Positions 39,916 to 53,842 of a DNA stretch of 64,000 nucleotides are shown here, piece by piece (position 1 is the first letter of the stretch; every line of letters starts with the position of its first letter). Origin of the DNA: the human T2T-CHM13v2.0 reference genome, Homo sapiens; NCBI RefSeq assembly GCF_009914755.1, contig NC_060936.1; one strand, given 5' to 3'. Both the position numbers and the translations under genes were made by a program. The notes beneath the pieces were generated by a model. That model did no database searches. It worked only from the letters and a program-made list of their open reading frames with translations, and had not been told where the DNA came from.

Positions 39916-40419
39916 GATCCTATAATTCTATAATCTACTGATTTTTATTAAATATATCATTCTCATTTCCCCAACAGTAGTTTGTTCACGCAGTTCCCTC
40001 TATCACACCCTTTCCCAACTTCTACCAAGTTAGCTGGGTAATATCCTTACTTCAAGTCCATTCATTTCAACCACCAACCACTGCACACCGATTCTGTGCC
40101 AGGCACTGGGCTATGTGCTAGAGGTAACAATACCAGGTAGCATTTGTTGAGGGTATAGATGTGCTAGGCACTGACCATATCTAGTAATCTCATTATATCA
40201 CAGTGAGCCTGTGAGATTGAAGCTCACATTTAATGTTTCATTTTACAGATGGCTACAGAGGGGTTTGATGACTTGCCCAAGCTCCCACGGTAAGTGACTT
40301 GAAGCTGAGCAGTCTGACTCCAGAGCTTGGACTCCTACCCACCACTCTGCACTGCTTCTCTGACAATGAAGGAGTAAGACATGTTCCTTTTCCTCCAAGG
40401 ACAGTCTAGAGGGAAAAGA

Positions 40420-40506
40420 CACTATCCATCGACAATAATAGGCTTTGGTAATTACTCTAATATCCACTATCCATTGACAAGTTAGGCTTTGGTAATTACT
40501 GTAATA
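40420..40506. repeat. diverged ~43-bp tandem duplication
   Basis: cactatccatcgacaataataggctttggtaattactctaata / cactatccattgacaagttaggctttggtaattactgtaata. Confidence 0.9.
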
Positions 40507-43019
40507 AAAGATATAAATAAAGTACCCCGGCATTCAGAGTAGAAGTGATGTTTTCTAAAAGAATCAGAAGAAATCTCACAGAGACCCTCATTTTGAGCTG
40601 TGGCTTGAAACGTAAATGATAGCTGAGGAGGTAAGAGTTATTTATCTGCCAAGGAAAGGGCAAGAGTGAGGGAACAGAGTGGTGCAGAGGCTAAATGAAA
40701 ATGGCTTATTTTTCACACCTGTAAGGTCTGAGGCATGGGGAGCAATTGTCTAGCACAGTTCTCTTCCTTACGGGCCTGCTCACTGTAGCCGGATGATCTC
40801 TGCCAATCTTGAGAGCTGACTGGATTGTGCTCATCTCTTCCCAACTCCTTGTTCAAGGGTGTCAGGCTGGTAGCTTGAAACTGGCATGGGCACCGTGAAG
40901 TTGGCAAACACTATCAATCAGGCTCCCTCTGTCCAGCCCTGGCCCCTGTTGTTAAACGTCTACCAGCTCACCACTGCCCAGAACCCAATCATTCATCATT
41001 TCATGGTATCTACCACCTTCTTTAATGATTTTTTAAATGTTCCAAGTGATTGTCTTAATTAAAATAATTCTAAACATGTCTCTGAGTATTTCTGAGACTG
41101 TAAACACATTTCTAAAACACTGTGAGCCTCAGTTTCTGCATCTGTAAAAATAGGTGTGTGGCATTCTGAGGTGCCTTCCACATAATTTCATGATCATAAT
41201 TTCTTTAGGACAGGGGCTCTCTACATCCTACAAATTAAAGCCCGATGAAGAGGTGCTTTTAGAGGTTACTTTTTGAAGGGGTGGCAGTATCTGATTTGTT
41301 TCTACAAAATACGAGCTTGCCTTAAAGTCGTTATTTTTTTTTTTCGTTTCTTCAAGGAAATGAAAAAAAAATAAGAGGGAAAGTTAAATTCCTTGAGTAC
41401 TGAAAGGTGAAACTTTTTTGAAAAAAAAAAATCTGAATATCAGATTCCCAATTCCAACAAACAGGGTTCATGTTAAAGAACATGTTTAGATAGTCACTGC
41501 CAATTCTTTATGGAGCAAAGGCAGGTTACAAATGAGTAAACAACTAAAATTAACAAAAAAGGAAACAAAAATTATGTAGAAGAACAAGGTGTATTTCAAG
41601 CAATCTTTCTCTCAAGGGGGAGAAAGTATGGTGAAAAATATAAATGGAAAAGTTTGAAAGAGCAATGAAAAATAGTAAATAGAGAAAGAGAAGCCGGAGA
41701 CACCAAGCAAACATCTTGAAAGTGCATCCAGGATGTCCGAAGTGGTGTGAGTCTACAATCCTGGAAGTGCAGACAGCGGTAGAACATGAGGCTAACAGGA
41801 GATATTTCAGAGACAATGTAGCGAGAAGAACTGAATGAAGAATTTATGCTTGAGATTAAAATATGATCAGGAAAATAAAAAACCTTAAGAAATAATGAAG
41901 AAAATGACTGTAAAGCACTCAGAATTCCTTTGAGGTAACTAAACAAACATCATTACCATAAGCACATTTCACAACATCTGTCTACAAAAAATTCAGTTAT
42001 CTGCCATTCTAACATTTAAAAAGATCTCTTGAGGACCAAAATCATCTTTTTCAAGAGAAAAAAAAAATTGCCTAGTTTTTGTTTTTTTTTTTTTTTTTTT
42101 TTTTTTTCAGAAAAACAGTGATGTTTTAGAGTTTCTGGTTTGGTTCTCTTGGTACAGGCTGAACACCTGAATAGCTGGGAATTTCTCCTCAGAAGGAAGT
42201 CTACCTTACAAACCTGTGGTACCTTCGAGTGGACTTGGCTCATAAGGCTTCCCGTAGGAAAATTCTAGGGAACTAATCTGTAATGCTTTTAGACTTCAAA
42301 GTCTTCCTTCTGCTAACAGATTCCTCCATTACTGCCAGTGAAATTGGCACCAATTAGCACCCTGACAAGGCCACACATTAAAAAGACCACAGAGACTGTG
42401 TTCCTCTCTGAAAGCCCCCACGTTTGTCCCCCCACCATGAACAGTTGATGTGAGCAGAAGGGCGAATGTGTCATTGTGAAGAAGGGAGAGGGGACCAGGG
42501 CAGGGTATTGAGGCTGCTGCAGTCCTTGCATAGATTAGCAAAGGACATCGGTCTCCTCGGGCTGCCTCTCTTGTCTGCATAGAAAGTCATTTTTTAAGAT
42601 TCTGGAGCAAAAACACTTATTAGAGCCTCTTTAGGCGTCAAAGGTTATTTTTCAAAAATCAAAGCATTTTTGTTTTTTGCTTGAGATGACATCTGGATGT
42701 AACATGAAACACTTGCTGCTTATTTTAAGCCTTCATCTGACTTTTAAAATGTGAAACTTAAAGCTACATGCTATTTCCCTGAGCAAGCTAAAGGAAGAGG
42801 CAGAGTCTCTGCAAGGCAGCCTAAATTCTGCATCCCATTCTGTCCTGCAGCCCCGGGGCAGGCCTCAGACTCTGAATAGAGCAGAAATCCGAGGACAGGA
42901 GGACACCCTCACTTCCCCACCCCCAAAGCTATACATCTTAACTCAACTCTGAGGATTTTTAATGTTTGAGTATATGATAATACTTCATTTTGCTCAATCT
43001 TTGTTTTTCTCTATTTACC

Positions 43020-43417
43020 TATCTTTAATTTGTTTTCTGCTACTATAAAAAAAAACACACAGACTGGGTAATTTATTTTTTTTTAAATGTATCCCTCACA
43101 CTTCTAGAGGCTGGGAAGTCCAATATAAAGGTGCTGGCATCTGGCAAGGGCCTTCTTGCTGCATCATCCCACGCAGAAGGCAGAAGGGCAGGAGAGTATG
43201 TGTGAGAGAGAGAGCAGGAGAGAGCCAAGCTCACTTTTATAACAAATTCACTCTCTCAATAACCAACCCACTACTTTGATAATGTCATTCATTCACTCAT
43301 GAGGGCAGAGCCTCAGGACCTAATTGCCTCTAAAAGGTCCCACCTCTCAACAACGTTGCATTGAAGATTAAGTTTCCAACTTAATGAACTTTGGGGGACA
43401 CATTCAAACTACAGCAC
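43020..43417 (-). mobile_element. MST (MSTD-like) MaLR LTR
   Basis: cacagactgggtaatttat...ggctgggaagtccaatataaaggtgctggcatctgg...ggacacattcaaactacagca. Confidence 0.82.
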
Positions 43418-43539
43418 TACCTCTCCCCCTCATTTCTTTGTAACCAAGTGAACATTCTAACACTGTATGGCCCTGCATTATCTGTATCCGTTCAAAATAC
43501 ATCTACATATATACAAAGAAGGGGATTTGTGTGACTTGG

Positions 43540-44340
43540 TATGTATGCGTGTTTCCTAAATCAAATCATAATACACACATTTCTCTACCACTTACTTTTC
43601 CCACTTCAGTGTGGAATTTCTTCCAACAGTAGATCTAACTTCTTTTAAGAACTGCATAGTAGCCTATAATAATGAATGTGCCTTTATTTACTCAAGCATA
43701 GCCCTATTGATATTTATGATATTTCCAAAAAATTAACCAGAAGACATAATACATATCTTGGTATTTCTAAGGCATCAATTCCCAGAAATGAAAAGGCGGA
43801 ACAAAAGGATATGTATGTTTTTAAATGTTCTCAATGGTGCCAGAATACAACAGTTTGCAACAATTGAAATTCCTATCAGCAAAGCACAAGAGCGCATCCT
43901 GCTCACACTCTCACCAGCACTAAGTTTTTATCACTACTAAATGCTTGCCAATCTGAGGAATGAAACACAATATCTTCCTGCTCTAATTTTCATCTCCTTG
44001 CCTCACAGTGAGCGCAAGCACCTTTCCACATCTCTTAGCCATTTAAATTTTCCTCTTTTACCATCTAGTCACATCTTTTATCCATTTTCTATTGAGTTGT
44101 TTGTCTTTCTTATCCATTCATAGAGAAGAGCTCCTGGTGTAGTATGATAGTAACCCTTCATCTCTCAGGTATGCTTGAAATATTGTTCCCACTCTGAGAT
44201 TTGTCTTCTGACTGGTCTTTTTTTCTGTGCACAAAATTTTACTGTTTTTCTTTTGCAGTAGAACATAATATTCTTTTTAAATGGAGGGTTGGTTTCCTAC
44301 CTAACTTGTAAAACAATCTACCCCATTCCCAAAGTGTTCT
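43540..44340 (-). mobile_element. old L1M (L1ME-like) fragment
   Basis: actgcatagtagcc..., ctcacactctcaccagcact, tatccattttctattgagttgtttgtctttc. Confidence 0.6.
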
Positions 44341-47205
44341 TCTTTGGTATTAGTATACTTTTGCATGTAGCTTTTCCTATACTACATGTGACAGAGATGC
44401 CGTTTTGCTTTCTGTTGTTGCACATGACCTTCCCCTGCCTGCAGGTCTGTCCCCTTGCCATGTTTCAGGAATGTTCTGCATTCTCCTTGGCCCTTCTCAG
44501 ACCTCTCCACTGCCATGATACTGTCCCTGATCACCCCAGCCCAGAGAAAGAGCTTTCTTATTTGATCTCCTGTAATAATTTTGTGGGTCAACCTCTCCCT
44601 TTGGCTATCATATTAAAATGTTAGCTGTATTTCAAAATTCATATCTCTGAACTGGTCCTTAAGCCCTTCGAGGGCAGGGACTATATTAGATTGCCTTTTT
44701 TTTGTCCCTTGTACTGGCATGAATAACAACTATGTTCTCAGTAAATTATTGACTGATGTCACTGCACACCCTCCACAAAGCCTCCACTAGATCTCCCTCC
44801 AGTGTTCTTTCTTCCATGAAAAGGATGTAAGATGTAAAGCCTGCTTCATTCTGTTTCTCTTCAGCCTTCCTGATTATAAAGTTACCCTGGACAGACTCAG
44901 TTCTATGTGAATGGCTCTAAGTGCAATGGCACAATCTGCTGCAGTATCTAAAAAGGCCACTGGCATGGCTTTGATGCTTCTTCTCCTAATTATTTGCATA
45001 TTCAGTGCCATCTAGGTTTAGAAATCTAGTTTTTGAAAAGTGTGCTTGGAAATAATTTCCATATTTAAATTTGATCCATGACTGCCTTTGGCCTATGACT
45101 GCCTCTTCACTTACTAAGCTGGGGACCGGTGTCTCTGGGTACACACGCTGAAGGGAAGCCCATCCAGCCAATCCTGTCTGGCACCTGCATGGCTCTCCCA
45201 GGGACACTGAGACATCCATTGCCATCTCGGGCCTCAGATGCTATCCCTGGCTGAGCCCTGCCTCTCCAAGAGAGCCCAGGCCCCCTCAGCGCTGTGTGTA
45301 CCCATTGTTGCTGCTAGGCACTGCCCTCTGAGTGACTCTTCTTCGCTGCTTATCCTCCTTCCATCTTTCCTACTCTGGAGAGTGAAGGAATGGGAAAATG
45401 GGGGAGGTAGAGCAGACTCACCTGCCAGGAATAGAAGTTGTTGATTCTCTCAGCACCAGAGAGCTGTTATGGTCATTTCAGATAACACCACGGGTGGAGA
45501 TGTGATCATATTAGAGTAATTAGAGCCATTAGGGACCAGGCTGAGGGCCAGGCACTTCTTGTGGAGGTCTATCAATTCAATGCCACTAAAAAAGGTGGAT
45601 ATTATTAATTGCCTACAATATAGACCAAAAAACCCAAGGCTCATTGACGGACCAGAATTTTGTCTCTGATTTGTTTGACTCTAGCAGCTCATATTTTTTT
45701 CACCACGCTATGTTACCAAGAGAATATTTATGACCTCTATATTCCTTGCAAACTTACTGTGATCTAAGAGAGTAGAAGAGTCTGTTTCAGCTCACCCTAG
45801 TCTCCCAAGATCCCTGATGGTTGTGTCTAAAGGATTCATGGCAAGTGGCGACCGAAGTTCACAATGGGGGCCAGATAGGCAGAATGGTGGCTGGTGGCAG
45901 TGGGAGGCAGGGTACTGACAAGCTGTGTGACCTTGCATGAATTATTTAATCTCTCTGTGCCGGGCTCATTAGTTTTCTGCAAGTATTTGCTATTTTTTCC
46001 TCCTCCTTCTCATTATAACTATTACTACTACAATTGAAAACATCAGTGCAGCTCCTTAATGTGACTTCCTCCCAGAAACATAATTTTTTGTGCAAGTGGC
46101 TTGCAATTGTCAAGGGGGAAATACTGAACAAATTCTACTTCCCAAGCTTTTAACTCAATTTTTTCCAAACATCAGGGCGAACTCTATGAGGTTCTTTTGG
46201 TTTCATTCATTATTTTCATTCACGTGCAAATAAAAACAGAAATCACAGGAATAAAAATGCCAGTACCCTTCTGAATTTACCCAAGGTCTTGAATCCAAAG
46301 AGTCCCATTGAGCGAGGTGGTGCCTCGTCATAAACCCCTCCCTGGGACAAGATGCCATTTTAGAAAAGGGCATTAATTCTTTTAGGTCAGAGAATTTTGT
46401 AAACAGTTTGCTAAACAGGCTCAAATAGGTGGAAAGATTCAACAGGATTTCCTGAAGTATCTAATGCCTCTTGGCTCAAGGGCTCAAAAACTCCCAAGCC
46501 ACAACTCTCCATCCTTGGGAAGCCATAATCCTCAGAGTCCTATTCTTAGACTTATAGGAGCTCAATCAGTGAGAACCGAGCTCTACCTTCTCCTTTGATG
46601 TGCCTTCCTCCAATGAAGACCTGTCTTCTGGAACAACAAAACTGGGTCCCAAACCATCTTCTGGGACATGCAGGACACAGTGAGGAACCACTCAAACAGA
46701 CCACTCCCTCTAAATCAACTTCTTCCTGGACATGTGTGCACCATGCCCAAGGCCTTGGCTTGCTCCAGAACACAGCTCAGCAGCGATGCTGAACTGCTGA
46801 CTGAAAATGATGGGTGGGTTCTAGGGATGCTGTTATAATCTGCTTTTGGGAACTGGGCCACAGGCTGCAATCACTGATACTGCTTGTCATCAGGTTACCT
46901 TGTCATTACTCTCTACCTTTATTCTCAAATGACAGTTGTGAGGGTAGAGCAAAAGTGTGTAATGTTGGACAATTCTGAACTGTGACTCTCTGGATTTGAG
47001 CACTGACTTGGCAAGGTCTTCATTAGTACTCAGGCAAATATGTATGTATGTGTATGTGAACTCATTCATTCACCCTACTTTATTCTAATTTGTCATATTA
47101 GTAAGGAACATAGACTTTGAAGTCAGAAATGCCCAATTTGAATCCTTGCTTTTCCATCATTGGTTGCATGTGATTCTGGATGAGTTCCTTAATCTTTTTA
47201 ACCCT

Positions 47206-47830
47206 GTGTTGTAGATGGCTACTGTTGAGCTACCAACCAGCCATCCCTACCTCTCCTTCTGACTCACTCTCCCCCCCTCCCCCCTCACCCTCCCCCCTCC
47301 CCCCTCACCATAGCTCTTTATCTCCTCCTCTTGTGAACTGCCCCTTCCTCAACTCCACCCATGTGATCCTGTGGAGGTTGCCATTTTATTCCACCTCCTG
47401 GTCTACTCACTGACCCAGCCATAGCTGAGAGGTTGAAGGGTGGGGCACCTGACTGGCTGGGTCGAATCCTCGGGATTTTTGGTAGGACCCAGGAGAATGT
47501 TAAGTCAGTCTCAATCTAGTGGCATAAGCTATAATATGTAAAATTCAGAAGCCCTGGGCAGCCATGTTTTGTAGCCTATGGAGAAACTGACCTATGGAAG
47601 GAGAGAAGAATGAAGGCAGAAGCTACTGAAAAGTAAATACAAGTGAGAGTATGAGCAAGATATATGACAGCATCAGAGTCCCGGTTTATGGCTATTCTGG
47701 GGGCTCAACCACATTCCCATTGTGAGTTCTGTTGAGATGATCCAGTATCCTATCATACAGTTGTCTTTTGCTTAAGCTGGTTCAAGTTGGGTGTCTATTC
47801 TTTATAATCAAAACAGTTCTCATAATGTAC
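47206..47830 (+). mobile_element. old MLT1 (K/L-like) LTR nested in a MIR (MIR at about 47100-47205 and 47860-47950)
   Basis: 3' end ttttgcttaagctggttcaagttgggtgtctattctttataatcaaaacagttc; MIR halves on either side. Confidence 0.6.
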
Positions 47831-50067
47831 TGTGTATTTCATTCATAAATGGCAATATAACTATCTTTGTGGGGTTCTGATGAAAATTAAATAAAATAAT
47901 GTACATAAAGTGCTTTGCAAAGTGCCTGGAGCATGGTGAGCCCTGAGTAAATGACAGTGGTTGTGGTGGCAGTAGTGACATTTATCATCGCCAATTTCTG
48001 TCAACATCTCAGAAGCCAAGAAGTAAGTTGGGTTGCAAGTGACAGGCAGATTCCTCAGCCATTTCCAAACAAGTGTCTCTCCAAAGGAAGAAGCAGCAGG
48101 GGGCCTCCACTCAAGCTCTTTGAGTCTTGGGTTCAGGCAGGGCCAATCGGCTAGAGTTCCTGTTGTTTGGTTAGTGACCTGTGGCTGCATTCTCTTCCTG
48201 GCCCTCAGGCCTTGTGGGGGTGCTTGGACAGCCACAGAGTCTACAGTCACAGCCAAACGCACTCAGCAGGTCACTTGGCATCTCTTACCACCTGGCCCAT
48301 GTGCCAGACCCTGCTGCTAGGTGCAGTCATTTGCATGCCTTCCGTCTCCTCTTCTATTCCCCATGCACTCCTTCTACAAGTCCCTTCCCAGGATTAAGAG
48401 CTCATAACCAGAAGGGTCCTTTAAGACTCCCCACTTAGGGGTTCCCAAACCAAGTAAGTGGCAGAAACAGGATTTGAACACAGGCAGTCTGACACCAAAG
48501 GCTTTGTTTTTTACCACTCCTCTATGCCACAAATATTAATATTATGTGCCATAAGGCACATAAAATGCAGAGAACAGTATCAGGCATGTCATAATAATGT
48601 CTAATAAATGATGCTGATCTAGAATACCCACCTGTCCTATTCTCCTTGGCAGTTCTGTGTGCCTTGGGCCTGCCATAGCATTAGATGGTCTAGGGGCCCA
48701 AAGAAGCAGGAGGATGAAAGACACTGAGTGGAAACAGCGCCACCATGCAGAAGGCACCAGGTTGTTGCAGAAGACCCCTGGGAGTCAGAAATGATTATAC
48801 TGGTCTTCAAACAAGGCTTACTGGACTGGTCCCCAGCTTGCTCTACCCCTTGCCTCCTGATCAGTCTCATTACACCCTCTTCATGATCCTTCTCTGAATT
48901 TCAAGTGTTTTCAATATGTTTAAAGAAAAGTTTACTTGAAAATATGCAGGAATCTACTGATAGATCTTAGACATACTAAACTAACCCCTCTCAGATATAG
49001 CTCAGGACACTAATGAAAAGTGATGCAAATCATTGCACATTTAGTAAACCAATCAAACAAGCAAAATTGGTTCTCAAGCAAATTTCTTTGGAGCTAGAAC
49101 ATGTAGCTGGACTAGAGCAGGACATCATCAGATGAGACTGCAGAGAGCTGCTTTTATCACTGCAGGGTGCCCATACAGAAGTATCAGAAAGAAAGTAATG
49201 AGAAGCATTCTGGAAAAGGGACATATTGCATAAGTATAATGACAATATTTTCCAGACCACAAATCTGAATGTAAACACTGATAATTATGAATGTGCTTTC
49301 TGGGACAATGAAGCAATGTAGTTGAAAGTGTGATCATCCAGGAAATTCAAGACATAAGGTTGTGAATACATATGAAAAGAAACAAGGTATAAACATTAAA
49401 GAGACACATAAGAATTACTGAGGCAATGAGGGAGCACAAATGGAAGAGGTCAAAGTCATTTAAAATACATTATAATTTTAGAAGCCTAGACCACAAAGAA
49501 AAAAAAAGGCTTGAAGGATCTGTGTCTAAGAATGTACTTACTGTTCTCTCTAAGGTGACCTGTCAAATTCATAGAACAGTTTCCTCACACCTCACCAGGG
49601 CCATCCAAAACAAGACTAAATACTTAACAATAACACTCACTCTAAGATTGCCCAGGGTCGACCACTCTTCTAGACAATAACGGTCAATTTGGTAGATAAG
49701 AATATCTGTAAAGAGTGAAGAAAATAGTTTTTTGTCAGATATTCTAGACTATAGGCTCCCAAACTAGGATATCCAAGGTCATTGCATCTCTCACGGAAAT
49801 GCTTTTCTTCAGCTGTGGAGGGTGGAAATAGAAAGGATCCTACCTTGACTTCCATTCACAGATACTCTCCCTCTTGCCTGGATTTCTGCATTACTCCTAA
49901 TGGTTTCCCCACCTCCATTCATGCTCCACTTGGCCCCCAGAGTGATTGCTCTAAACTGCACATCTGACTGCATCCTTACCCTTCTCAAAGGCTGTCAGGG
50001 CCTCCTCATTCACCTATAGAATAATATCTAACTTTGGAAAATTACACATTTATTCCCCACGTTTCAC

Positions 50068-50200
50068 CCTTTCTCCTTTCCCTTCCTCTTTCCCTCCTTC
50101 CCTCCTCTTGCTCCTCCTTCTCCTCTTTCTTTACTTTTCTCTCCCTCTCTCTTTTCCTCTCTCTCTCTTGCCTCCCTGCCTTTGTTTCTTTTTTGGCTTA
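50068..50200. repeat. CT-rich polypyrimidine low-complexity tract
   Basis: Seen directly. Confidence 0.85.
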
Positions 50201-50810
50201 TCTCTTCAGATTCCTAGCCTTTTAATTTCATTTGATAACACAGAATGCTCTTTCTTATCTGAATGTCTTTACTCATGCCAAAATCCTCTATTTTAAACCC
50301 CTGGTCTTCTGAATGACACAGCTCTTCCCTTAGGATTCGGCTCAGTAGCATCTATGCCAAGAAGTGTTTCCTTACCACACCCCTTGGCTGGACTAAGGGG
50401 TTAGGTATCCTTCCTTTGTACTGCCAAAATACCGTGTGCATATCTCGGCCTCACAACTTGCCATGATATCTTATATCTAACTGCTTATGTGTCTGGTCTC
50501 CTCCAGTAGACTATGAGTTCCTCAATGGCAGGGACTGAATATTATCATTTTCTTTTATCCCCAATACCTAGCATAAGGAAGATTACCACGGTAAGCACTA
50601 AATAAATGTTAGCTAAACACATAACAGCAAGATTTCAAAAGGGGAACCTGCTCCTGGCAGCTAATAATAGATAATGATGATTCTACCAATACTAGCTAAT
50701 ATTTATTGAGCATTTGGTATGTCAGAGGTGATGCTGAGCAAAACACATGCAGTATGAAATTTAATTTTCAGAATAGTCTTATAAGGTAGATATTATTTTT
50801 ATATCCATTT

Positions 50811-51288
50811 ATGGTAGATTCTTATATTAGTGGTAACTAAATGAATCAGATATCCCAGTATTCATGCCCTTTTCCAATCATTTCTCACACTGACTCTGAG
50901 TTTAGCTTTGTGACTTGCTTTGCCCAATAGGATATCGAAAAATGTGACACATGTAGAGACTTGGATGAGCGATAGTCAGTGGGTCTTGTCTTGTCCTCTT
51001 GGAATGTTGCTGACAATGCTGAAAAAACTTGGGCCAGCCTCCTTGAGGACAACCAAACGTAGAATGAGGCTCATCTGATCCCCAGTACCAACACTAGACC
51101 CACAAATTAGGCCATTTTGGATGGTTCAGCCTTGGTAGACTCATCAGATAAGTGACCCCCTGGAGACCAACCCAAAAACCACTAATTCAAACTTATTCTA
51201 ATTCAAACTGCTGACCCAAAGAAGGCTGAGTAATAAAATGATGGCTGTTTCAGGCCACTAAGTTTCGAGGTGGTTGTTACACAGCAAT
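50811..51288 (+). mobile_element. MLT1 (G/F-like) LTR
   Basis: cccagtattcatgccc...gtgacttgctttgcccaatagg...aataaaatg...ccactaagtttcgaggtggttgttacacagcaata. Confidence 0.72.
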
Positions 51289-51640
51289 ATTCTCACACTG
51301 CTAAAAAGTACTACCTTACACTGGGTAATTTATAAAGAAAGGAGGTTTAATTGATTCATAATTCTGCATGGCTGAGGAGGCCCCAGGAAACTCAAAATCA
51401 TGGTGGAAAGCGAAGGGGAAGTAAGGCACATCTTACGTGGCAGCAGGAGAGAGAGATCAGGAGCGGGTAACTGTCAAACACTTTTACCACCAGATCTCAT
51501 GAGAACTCCCTCACTATCATGAGAACAGCATGGGAAGCCACCCCCATGATCCAATCACCTCCCACCAGGTCCCTCCCCAACACATGGGGATTACAATTTG
51601 AGATGAGATTTGGTTGGCAACGCAGAGCCAAACCATATCA
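51289..51640 (-). mobile_element. MSTA/THE1-type MaLR LTR
   Basis: ctgggtaatttataaagaaaggaggtttaattga...gagaactccctcactatcatgagaacagcatggg...gccaaaccatatca. Confidence 0.9.
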
Positions 51641-53264
51641 GGTGCTCTCAGTATATCTTGTGCAACTTTTTCCTCCCAGTGTTTATAATCTAGTCTCACA
51701 TCCTCCACTGAAGGGCAGGCGGATATCTGGTCTCAAAGCAAGAGATTTTCGCCAAGAGCATGAAGACCTGGCCAAGCCCTGTCTGTGACTGCCCATGGGA
51801 TGTTGGCACATAAACTTGCAGAGACTGATTCTCTAACTGTAAAATATGAGGGTAAAAACATTTGCCAAAATACCCTCATATAGGTTTGAGAGAAACTAAG
51901 GTGAAAATATTTGTGGAAGTGCCTTGAAACTAGCTACTCCCTGGACAAAGGCAAGGAAGTTGGCAAGAATGCTCCCATCCAGCCAAAAAGAAAAGAAAAA
52001 AAAGAAAAATACTCAGTGTTTAGAGAGTAACAAATGATGTGCCAGACACTGGGCTAAGTGGTAGGTTTTGCAGGGAGAAAATGGGGAAACTGACATGTTA
52101 AGATGCCAGGTAACTTGCCTGTGGTCACATAATTAATAAATGGCTCAACTGGATTCAAATCCTGATTTGCCTCACTCCAAAGCCTGGGCTGCTTGCACAG
52201 TGCTAAGTGGCCTCCTAAAGGAACCTCCACAGCCTGTGCAAGAACAGAATTATTGGCCAGGTAGTCTACCATTAAATGGGGTCGCCAGCTTGTGGCTAAA
52301 GAAACAGATGATGAAAGAAGTGCTGAGGAGAAAACGCCTGTTTACAAACATAGCTTAATTAATTAGTCAACTCAGATGAGGCAGAAAAGGCGGGTTTCCA
52401 GATGTCTGACATCGAGAATTAATTAGCAGAAAGGCACCAGTCCTCAGGCCTTGGGTTCATGGCCAGACCACATGGTAGAATTAAATTACTAGACTTCCCC
52501 TCCAACTTAAGCCATTTGAAAGAAAACAAAACCCCAAACAATAACCTTATTAAAACTGACAACTCAACTGGAAAATCTCCACCAACCAAAGCTTCAAGTG
52601 AAGTTCAGAAAAGAAGGTTCCAGTGCTTCCAGTTCAGTTTACAAAAGAGAATGAAATGAAAGTAAGTTAGGCTAACAGTTGGTAAGTTCACATCTGTACC
52701 AAGATAAGTAAAACAGAAAATTAAGGTAGCACTTGAATTCCTATCAGGCAAAAGCCACCATCTTTGCAGAAATGTTATCACATGAGTCACTTGTAAATAG
52801 AAAGTACATGTCAATCTGCAGGAATCACCACAAAATGGGGTTGGGCCAGCCCAGGAGAATAGATAATATGCAGCCAATATTAAGTGTAATGTGTACTCTT
52901 CGGGCTCAGGTGTGACTTTATGAGTAAAAGTTACTTTCCAGGAATGGGTTCCCCCACTGCTTCCACAGTTAACTTTTCACAGGGGTTCTAGAACTGCTCC
53001 TATTTTGTTGTCTATATTTTTATCAGTGAATTTCTGCAGTTGTTTGGGACTCATCCTCTGCCTAAGCAGGGAAGTTAATGAGGTTTGAAGCAACTTTGTG
53101 TCCCAGGGTGAATGGAATATAATGTATGTGGAGAGAGGTAAGGGCAAAGAGTTCAGCTAGGCTGGAGGGTTGAGGGCTAAGCAAAGGTAGACAAGGTGGG
53201 ATTCCACGGGGAGGGAGGGTGTGCAGGTAGACTGGTAGATCTGGAAGTGACCTAGAAAACGTCT

Positions 53265-53400
53265 GTGGTTTTCAACCAGTGTATATATTAGAATCACCTG
53301 TAATGTGATTAAAATGCTGATACCTAGGACCTATCTCAGACCAATTATATTGGAATCGCTAAGCAGGTGATTCTAATGGGCACCAGAATTGAGACCCACA
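53265..53400. mobile_element. MER5-type hAT MITE
   Basis: attagaatcacctg ... caggtgattctaat inverted arms. Confidence 0.7.
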
Positions 53401-53679
53401 CATCTGTGGCAACCTATTGATTTTCCTAGTGGGGAAATGAGGGAACACATTTGGAGAAGCAAAAGAGAGACTGTGTGGGTCCCTGCTGTCAGGTGACATT
53501 TCACTGAGCTGCCCTGAGAACTCCACTCCTCCTTCACAGCCTCAATCTGGCTTCATGGGAAAGGGAAGTCACATAAAGTCACTCCCAGGTGCTGGGATCC
53601 TTGACCTTGTAAGGCTGTTGCACTTGTGCATGTTTGTAGATTCCTTCACTGATATAGAATGAGGTTGAGGGGTTTAGAC

Positions 53680-53842
53680 CAGTGAAGGTCAAAGTGTGGC
53701 CCCAAGACCGGCAGCATGGGCATCATTTGACATGCACATTCTCAGGCATCTCTCCAGAACTACTGAATTGGCAACTGTGGGCAGAACCCAGCAATCTGGT
53801 TTTAACAAAGCCTCACGCATGCTAATGTTTGAGAACTGCTGG
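53680..53842. mobile_element. MER5A
   Basis: cagtg...caaagtgtggcccc...gcagcat...atgcacattctcagg...cccagcaatctggttttaacaa...tttgagaactgctg. Confidence 0.75.
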
